DNA from: Tubiluchus corallicola
Lineage: Eukaryota; Animalia; Priapulida
Length of the DNA: 64,000 nt
NCBI GenBank assembly: GCA_030141605.1
Contig: JAQGDQ010000343.1
Span: 124,001-188,000, forward strand
Direction of reading: 5' to 3'
Position 1 is the first letter of the stretch. Each line of letters begins with the position of its first letter. Both the position numbers and the translations under genes were made by a program. A model generated the notes under the pieces. The model had not been told where the DNA came from. It ran no database searches and saw nothing but the letters and a program-made list of their open reading frames with translations. Below are positions 61,733 to 64,000 of this stretch, one piece after another.

Positions 61733-63936
61733 AATTTATTTGGAAATGCAAATACAATATCAAGAAACACAGAGAAAAATCGTTATTAATAATAATGGTT
61801 TAATTTTGATATGACAGCATGCATATAATAAGTGGCAAGAACCAGAAGTAAAACATTGTTGGATGCTTGCACCATTGTAAACACGTCCAAATGATAATTG
61901 AGAAAAAAAGAACAAAAAACTGAGGGTTTTAGGCAATTTAAAAAAAATTGTGCAAAGCAAGGATAGAAGTGACGGATAAAAGAATGTTCAAATGTTTTTA
62001 CATGGAGAACTCTTTGACAACCACTTTTGTTGCTTAAAGGACAAAAAAGAGAATTTTTGCAGAAGGTTGAAAAAATTGCCTTAGAATTTGTATCACTTAC
62101 ATGCCATCTTATTGCGCACAGAGGTTGTATTAGCAGTCAGCAGTAATGCTATATAAAATCCTGCCCTGACAGCTAGCGTGCAGCCATTTTAACGGTCGGT
62201 CGTTTGGGTAGGAAATTGAAGCAAGCGCAGATAACCGCATGCATGATTAAAGCACAAGAAAAGCACTTACATAAAGCTTAAAATTTTATACCACTTACAC
62301 GCTGCCTTTTTGCATGCAGGGCTTGTGTCGACAGTAACGCTTTATAAAACTTGTTAATTTAAACTCCCGCGATGACCGTTAGTGATTTTAATGGTAAGTC
62401 GTTTGAAGTAAGTTTAGATAACATTGCATGAAGTTCGAAAAAATAATCAGAGCATTCATAGCTCACTAAACAAATGCATTAATTACTTTTACTTTTCAAT
62501 AATAATATGTTACTAAAATCGTCCATAAGTCTGCAATTCTAGTTATTCACATATCCCGAATCCTGAATAAAATTGGCCATGTAAGCAGCTTTGTCAGAAG
62601 TCACTCGTCCATTTGCTAATCAAATTTAGTGTTGCCTAACTCTGTACTAATTAATTTTGATTAAAATACATTCTTTACTAACATTTGTTAAGAATGCTGT
62701 GATTTTCTTTTGCATTGCAGTTCTGCCTTGAAGGACATTGTGCAGAAACAACTGTATGTATTCTTGAAACATTCGTTCCTACGCTGGCCCCTAGACTACT
62801 CGTTTAGACTGGTAAGTTTCAAGTAGCTAAAATAACCTTTTTTCACAGTTTCGTTGTACACACGCTGTTGCTGTAGGTCAAAGGTCAAGTGTAGCGCAGC
62901 AACGCGTCTTAACTACAATTGTCACGTGTCTCACGTGTGCTCAAGTAACTTCAGTTGTTTCACGTGGACTTTACTTAATTATGCATTAGACTGTGCGTAG
63001 ACTGACACACGCTGTTGCTGTAGGTCAAAGGTCAAGTGTAGTGCAGCAACGCGTCTTAACTACAATTGTCACGTGTCTCACGTGTGCTCAAGTAACTTCA
63101 GTTGTTTCACGTGGACTTTACTTAATTATGCATTAGTCTATGCATAGACTGACACATGCTGTTGCTGTAGGTCAAAGGTCAAGTGTAGCGCAGCAACGCA
63201 TCTTAACTATAATTGTCACGTGTCTCATGTGTGCTCAAGTAACTTCAGTTGTTTCACGTGGACTGTACTTAATTATGCATTAGACTATGCGTAGAGTGAT
63301 TTACTAGCAGGACCTTGCTTGGGCGCATTTTTTGCTACATTAATTTATTCATTAATGTCGTCATTATTCATTAATTAAGTATTCATTAATTTATATGCTA
63401 CATGCCAACACCGTTCCACTTCAGTTTCCATGTCAATGACAACATCAGCATGTGGTTGTTTAATTGCATTTCTATTTGTAGTCATATAATTCATCTATAA
63501 ACGTCAGTTTTCCATATTGATAGCAATGTATTTTTATACAGTTCAGCAAGGCTGCAAAGCAGATTCAGCAGCAGCGCCTGTTTAATGTGAATCAGTGTGG
63601 CAGGACCAGAACCTGGTTCATTATCAATGTGAGGTGCTGAACCAGCAGGAGTGTCAGCCTCAACAGATGCCAGTGCCCGTAGCTGTTTATAGTGTGGCCC
63701 AAAAAAACTAGTGTTTAACGAGAAATTTTATGTAATAAGATGCAGTTTTAAACAAAAATTATTGCTTTGAAATTATGTAAGGCCTGAAAAATTGTCCTGT
63801 TCTCCTTTAATAATACAGTTTTTATATTTTTGTAGGTGTTGGAAACATGGTTAAGTTATATCCAACCCTGGAGGTACGTGTCCGGTGGCTCCCCCGCTCA
63901 TCGACAAACTGAAGAACGACACGTCGATAGAAAATG
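15177..63936 (+). CDS. SMPD4: Sphingomyelin phosphodiesterase 4 (neutral sphingomyelinase 3), multi-exon, 3' part off the right edge
   Basis: Exons 15177-15206, 44250-44333, 46271-46486, 47901-48003, 50128-50192, 50882-51048, 52604-52811, 53766-53855, 56430-56575, 62721-62811, 63836-63936 join in frame. Motifs [76 protein letters not shown] match human SMPD4 ([53 protein letters not shown]). Confidence 0.93.
16639..17287 (-). pseudogene. Carbohydrate sulfotransferase pseudogene (deleted duplicate of 28503-29534)
   Basis: Near-identical to the intact copy but has a ~360 bp deletion at ~16882 (removes 3'-PB), a ~12 bp deletion in the 5'-PSB motif, a 15 bp deletion and a 1-nt insertion frameshift. 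Confidence 0.92.
18023..18976 (+). CDS. Intronless class A (rhodopsin-like) orphan GPCR, type A copy 1
   Basis: 317 aa, 7 hydrophobic helices, TM1 SN, TM2 LAIID, TM3 DRF, TM4 W, TM6 FxxCCFP, TM7 NSFMNPIIY, helix 8. Confidence 0.93.
   Translation: MESEPESWDGGPQWNGNHSEQHLVSNGWSNSARAFVYHAVAVVIELSNLLVVIALVKYKHLEEHKNWYICSLAIIDMLAGIQLHVITHRIWQWYGMVSKTECFLVLYIAAIFINASAITLLAVTIDRFIAIKYPLRYNCLMRRWLVQLIIIASWLYSFSVSALVYYQDNWEGPCNWENIVNRDVLLLFCIHHLIVAAVLLLINANIMCIARRHMRRIEPDAARSYKHNVKSAKMISLVVGTFILCCFPQSLINIISAYNRLYKIPPFIVDICTALMFSNSFMNPIIYSWKNKELRESFKKVLHWDRLKTFFRRSSHN
19642..20841 (-). repeat. 3' LTR (~1.2 kb)
   Basis: TG..CA termini with 5-bp inverted ends; left boundary fixed by comparison with uninterrupted paralogous flanks (..ataacaag|gtttagag at ~26403 and ~32862). 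Confidence 0.8.
21566..23626 (-). CDS. Gag-pol remnant: capsid C-term (SCAN-like), CCHC knuckle, aspartic protease, integrase HH zinc domain fused to RT connection and RNase H
   Basis: [63 protein letters not shown]; frame stays open upstream of 23512 to the truncation point. Confidence 0.85.
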   Translation of the reverse strand, partial: FRAIKKRANETFQQVGRKLLRAYNEFRNAEDADSVDKVVELVCKEQVLTLMSRDMCEWVRRQDLHSFDDAVEKADLYQASVMSIQGGLKVMQPHTFKKGLKTPMHDGSSSARGRSTYNGSNVKCYSCGELGHKRNQCRRSMAGAEATGKGRSTMGRNFLAKGDAKKTQEGGSSKTTKKSRDIIASSEDEYCCWASVNGKDVKCMGDTGACTSLVQSDLVRPEQYVDESTRTIKCVHGDSKEVHMAIVEVESPMVSGYLTVAVSGDPPVDFLLGNDFRTAVTPFPTKRSKNFQCVPKPASTPTVANMDSSCQFKKHAMKQDENSSGDKLHTALVVTRSKAAKLQNLEERDRTLQQEFLQDRIKAPPLTEHESKQNQMHLTELSKSQLHQEQVDDVTLRNLRDNARTEETVRKEGKGYYLREGVLYYLARERPSLEPRELLVVPKTRRLEVLSLAHDNKMAGHLGIRKTTKRVLQEYTWPQPNKILRIHNFPRPQNKKQVRAYLGLVGFYRRFIPMFSTKAAPLFELLEKSAPTKVEWTEACERSFVELQDCLGSDTVLHSPDFMKPFILTTDASLSGVGGVLSQEQSEHGEVPITYLSRKLTVTERNYSVVEVECLAVIYWVEKLRYFLEGRHFTIRTDQRSLLALPRIKRNNRRLCHWSLILQEYSYTVENIPGRMNVVADALSRL
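24093..25046 (+). CDS. Intronless class A orphan GPCR, type A copy 2
   Basis: 317 aa, same motifs, close paralog of 18023-18976. Confidence 0.93.
   Translation: MESDPESWDRWSQWNGNHSEQHLVSNGLYNSARAFVYHTVAVLTELSNLLVVIALMKYKHLEEHKNWYICSLAIIDMLAGIHLHVVAHRIWQWNGMVSKTECLLVYYIAAIFINTSAITLLAVTIDRFIAIKYPLRYDSLMRRWLVQLIIIASWLYSFSVSALVYYQDNWEGQCIWENIINQDVLLLFSIQQLIIATVLLLINANIMCIARRHMRRIEPDASRSYKHIVKSAKMISLVVGTFMFCCFPQIFINIIVACNRLYKIPPLIVHICNALLFSNSFMNPIIYSWKNKELRESFKKVLHWDRLKAFFRRNSQN
26455..27387 (+). CDS. Intronless class A orphan GPCR, type B copy 1 (7-aa in-frame deletion in TM5; possibly impaired)
   Basis: True start is ATG 26455 (MESDADS) by paralog alignment; lacks LLLINAN present in the other copies; 310 aa. 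Confidence 0.82.
   Translation: MESDADSCDLWCQWKRNDTEMTSISNGWPRLRSIAIYHTTAVLIELSNLLVVVALVKYKHLEEHKNWYICNLAVADMLTGVFLHVLTYAVWQQKSKISHSECLLLYHFSSAFLYVSATMLLAVTIDRFIAIKYPLRYNHLMKRWLVQLIIIASWLYSFSVSALVYHQDNWEGQCIWENIVNQDVLLLFSIHHLIIATVIMCIARRHMCRIEPDAARSYKHIVKSAKMISLVVGTFMFCCFPQIFINIIFAYNRLYKIPPFILDICTALIFSNSFMNPIIYSWKNKELWESFKKVLHWDRLKTFFRRNSHN
28503..29534 (-). CDS. Golgi carbohydrate sulfotransferase, HNK-1ST/CHST8-14 family (CHST11-like), single coding exon
   Basis: Type II TM anchor; 5'-[17 protein letters not shown]; 3'-[19 protein letters not shown]; [17 protein letters not shown]; C-terminal YxxDFxLFxY; 5'UTR splice acceptor at 29639-29640. Confidence 0.95.
   Translation of the reverse strand: MHHGDSNEPKKLLLALFLLFTFLASSFIFQQFPSVVRQEHVYGILNGSITKHSHLRRLQVRLPEISIGEFKISSSTQEYENRHLRVSQICERKYGNNPPELTKHNKEHMIVNHRRKILYCNVPKVATTNWKRIMEFLLHQKAYQLFENVPRKGIHTYVLPNLSFYSAETQENILSTYFKFVFVRHPFDRLASAYRDKFQSFEDVEFHKSYGRAMIKHYRKNATRSSLESGSDTKFSEFVKYVVDPDAVVGNEHWDSYVDLCNPCRTNYSFIGKYETLERDASFIINKLNLSSSIHFPSKNESLKEHERQSTTKYLKYFSDIPKRNIKLLHKRYRMDFDLFEYS
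30382..31319 (+). pseudogene. GPCR type A copy 3, pseudogene
   Basis: 16-bp frameshifting deletion at ~30556 (aagtaca^caagaac) and TGG>TGA at 31230-31232; accounts for ORFs 30382-30600 and 30579-31232. Confidence 0.92.
32925..33878 (+). CDS. Intronless class A orphan GPCR, type B copy 2
   Basis: 317 aa, LAVAD, DRF, FCCFP, NPIIY. Confidence 0.93.
   Translation: MESEADSCDPWCQWKRNDTEMISISNGWPRLPSIAIFHTTAVLIELSNLLVVVALVKYKHLEEHKNWYICNLAVADMLTGVFLHLVTHRIWQWSGRVSKTECLLLCYFSAVFVNASEATLLAVTLDRFIAIKYPLRYNHLMRRCLVQLFIIASWLYSFSASVLVYHHDNWEGPCIVTYVISQDLLLLFSTQQLIIATVLLLINANIMCIARRRMCRIEPDAARSYKHIVKSAKMISLVVGTFIFCCFPLNVINIITAYNRLYKIPPFIVDICTALMFSNSFMNPIIYSWKNKELRESFKKVLHWDRLKAFFRRNSHN
35040..35905. repeat. 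Minisatellite, 32-bp unit x ~27
   Basis: atcataccaagtctactgtacatgcacaggca. Confidence 0.97.
38138..38685. mobile_element. Kolobok-type MITE family A, copy 2
   Basis: Same orientation as 9433-9981; TTAA flanks. Confidence 0.85.
38690..39326. mobile_element. Kolobok-type MITE family B
   Basis: AGGACAAGAAAA..TTTTCTTGTGCT; shares its left TTAA with family A copy 2. Confidence 0.82.
40260..40700 (-). mobile_element. Degraded L2-clade LINE 3' fragment
   Basis: Minus-strand remnants of LREL.WL..RIQFKI..TYK..PAYL, APHLWN and FKQRLKTH. Confidence 0.65.
41771..41850 (+). mobile_element. tRNA-like SINE head or degenerate tRNA
   Basis: A box TGGCTTAATGG, B box GGTTCAAATC, T-run after; acceptor stem does not pair; downstream ~158 bp is tandemly duplicated (41818-42125). 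Confidence 0.55.
43679..44220. mobile_element. Kolobok-type MITE family A, copy 3 (inverted)
   Basis: TTAA flanks; reverse complement of copies 1 and 2. Confidence 0.85.
44250..44333 (+). CDS. SMPD4: SMPD4 coding exon 2
   Basis: tttag|[28 protein letters not shown]|gtaatt. Confidence 0.88.
45186..45328. repeat. 35-bp tandem repeat x 4
   Basis: tttgtgrtatactttaaaagtgccttttcttcccc. Confidence 0.92.
46271..46486 (+). CDS. SMPD4: SMPD4 coding exon 3
   Basis: ttcag|[50 protein letters not shown]|gtatgt. Confidence 0.95.
46533..46836. repeat. 99-bp GC-rich tandem repeat x 3
   Basis: Units start at 46533, 46632, 46731. Confidence 0.95.
47572..47755. repeat. (TTATG)n microsatellite
   Basis: ~36 perfect pentamers. 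Confidence 0.98.
47901..48003 (+). CDS. SMPD4: SMPD4 coding exon 4 (followed by a U12-type intron)
   Basis: tttag|[34 protein letters not shown]+A|gtatccttt. Confidence 0.88.
48160..49262. repeat. Minisatellite, ~35-bp unit x ~31
   Basis: cctttagaaaaacgggtggacccaggaaaaaagct; begins just inside a CAGGGGCAGATACAG transposon-end-like motif. Confidence 0.97.
50128..50192 (+). CDS. SMPD4: SMPD4 coding exon 5
   Basis: tgtag|(N)[21 protein letters not shown]|gtaagt. Confidence 0.92.
50882..51048 (+). CDS. SMPD4: SMPD4 coding exon 6
   Basis: gttag|[37 protein letters not shown]+AT|gtaagt. Confidence 0.9.
51095..51670. mobile_element. piggyBac-type MITE, second copy
   Basis: TTAA flanks; reverse-complement similarity to 1022-1623 throughout. 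Confidence 0.85.
51830..52350. repeat. ACT/ACC-rich low-complexity tract with 140-bp higher-order unit x ~3
   Basis: actaccattaccactaccactg at 51881, 52021, 52161. Confidence 0.9.
52604..52811 (+). CDS. SMPD4: SMPD4 coding exon 7
   Basis: tttag|..[17 protein letters not shown]|gtaagt. Confidence 0.92.
53067..53521. mobile_element. Kolobok-type MITE with family-B-like termini and a different interior
   Basis: TTAA|AGGACAAGAAAA..TTTTCTTGTCCT|TTAA. Confidence 0.75.
53766..53855 (+). CDS. SMPD4: SMPD4 coding exon 8
   Basis: tgcag|[30 protein letters not shown]|gtatgt. Confidence 0.92.
53922..54371. mobile_element. Tc1/pogo (Tigger-like) MITE
   Basis: TA TSD, TIR CAGCCAACCTCGG(G/A)TATAAGG, subterminal TATAAGG repeats. 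Confidence 0.85.
54990..55181 (-). pseudogene. Isolated alkaline phosphatase exon (equivalent to ALPL exon 10), probably a relic
   Basis: ttacag|192 nt open frame [63 protein letters not shown]+G|gt; matches [31 protein letters not shown]. Confidence 0.88.
55730..56375. mobile_element. Kolobok-type MITE family B
   Basis: TTAA flanks, colinear with 38690-39326; degraded relatives at ~4860-5300, ~36860-37320, ~44660-44900 and ~62035-62465. Confidence 0.82.
56430..56575 (+). CDS. SMPD4: SMPD4 coding exon 9
   Basis: tccag|[30 protein letters not shown]+CG|gtcggt. Confidence 0.92.
57112..58170 (-). CDS. Secreted Gly/Ser/Arg/Thr-rich low-complexity protein, nested antisense in SMPD4 intron 9
   Basis: 352-aa ORF, signal peptide [27 protein letters not shown] repeats, acceptor tttcag 6 nt before ATG, AATAAA at 56945-56950. 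Confidence 0.9.
   Translation of the reverse strand: MLRGVVLLCCAVGVLSEALGEGGILGVRGTSGSRTFQSTSYGGSGRGYAGDGLGYASRFGSRVGRGGGGVIVTRTSGRGSGAFVGTGSGLGGFVGTGRGSLGGGDVIITRTSRRGSSGFVGTGRGSLGGRAGITLTGTGRGGSAGFGSRGGSTVVLTGSRGGGRFVSGVDPLAIRTSGSGSRGFVSGARSGGFSFGGTGPISIEGFSNIDSRAFGIDPFGHLYISVDAFDFNGWRNQAAALAPRGAINAGQAEQVVIGSKYSSGYARQTESSSSDRTGSGSGEAGIELSATRSATQDATQTYTQTASGEGNTEQGAGYGYERTPNIGFQVVNVDSLPVHSGPRSSLPLSART
58281..58815. mobile_element. Kolobok-type MITE family A, copy 4 (inverted), in the 5'UTR intron of the Gly-rich gene
   Basis: TTAA flanks; perfect TIR AGGAAAACCGGACGATTG. Confidence 0.87.
58956..59324. repeat. Minisatellite, 41-bp unit x 9
   Basis: agaagttgtcaagccrttcacacgttgcaacaagttgctag. 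Confidence 0.96.
59703..59792 (-). promoter_or_regulatory. TATA box and non-coding first exon of the Gly-rich protein gene
   Basis: TATAAATA at 59792-59785, then donor AG|GTAAGT at 59703/59702; implies intron 59702-58177. Confidence 0.65.
60469..60988. repeat. 172-bp tandem repeat x 3
   Basis: Units start at 60469, 60641, 60813. Confidence 0.95.
61205..61732. repeat. Compound trinucleotide microsatellite (GTA/GTG/GTC/GCA)n
   Basis: Direct inspection. Confidence 0.98.
62721..62811 (+). CDS. SMPD4: SMPD4 coding exon 10
   Basis: tgcag|(R)[30 protein letters not shown]|gtaagt. Confidence 0.94.
62858..63298. repeat. 147-bp tandem repeat x 3, derived from a dispersed repeat also present inverted at ~15640-15825
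   Basis: Units start at 62858, 63005, 63152; cccaagcaag.tcctgctagtaaatcac is shared with 15642. Confidence 0.92.
63836..63936 (+). CDS. SMPD4: SMPD4 coding exon 11 (3' boundary uncertain, probable GC donor)
   Basis: tgtag|[33 protein letters not shown]+TG|gcaagt. Confidence 0.82.
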
Positions 63937-64000
63937 GCAAGTTTGATGTTCAAATAACTAGCCAATGTTTAAGTTCCTTTTAATATTATGTCTTAATTCT

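Noticed and set aside
61132-61789. Poly-Thr mucin-like, poly-Val and poly-Leu ORFs
   Set aside because: Stop-free frames of a trinucleotide microsatellite; no signal peptide or supporting exons

Overview
AT-rich genomic DNA from an invertebrate animal (spliceosomal introns, MITEs, satellites); no prokaryotic features. Two conserved genes diverge from a ~1.1 kb intergenic region. API5 is on the minus strand, with 9 coding exons from 14083 to 681, continuing off the left edge. SMPD4 (neutral sphingomyelinase 3) is on the plus strand, with 11 coding exons from 15177 to ~63936, continuing off the right edge; the ORF track shows only fragments of it. The ~29 kb SMPD4 intron 1 holds a tandemly amplified cassette [carbohydrate sulfotransferase (-) / GPCR type A (+) / GPCR type B (+)], giving 4 open GPCR ORFs, 1 GPCR pseudogene, 1 intact and 1 deleted sulfotransferase. 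An internally deleted Gmr1-like Gypsy LTR element interrupts the array. Later SMPD4 introns include a U12-type intron, an orphan alkaline-phosphatase exon and a nested antisense gene for a secreted Gly/Arg/Ser-rich protein. Also present: a 5S rRNA-headed SINE with an RTE-like tail and 11-bp TSD, Kolobok-, piggyBac- and Tc1/pogo-type MITEs, CR1 and L2 remnants, and many tandem repeats. Homologies were recognised from memory of the protein families, not from database searches.
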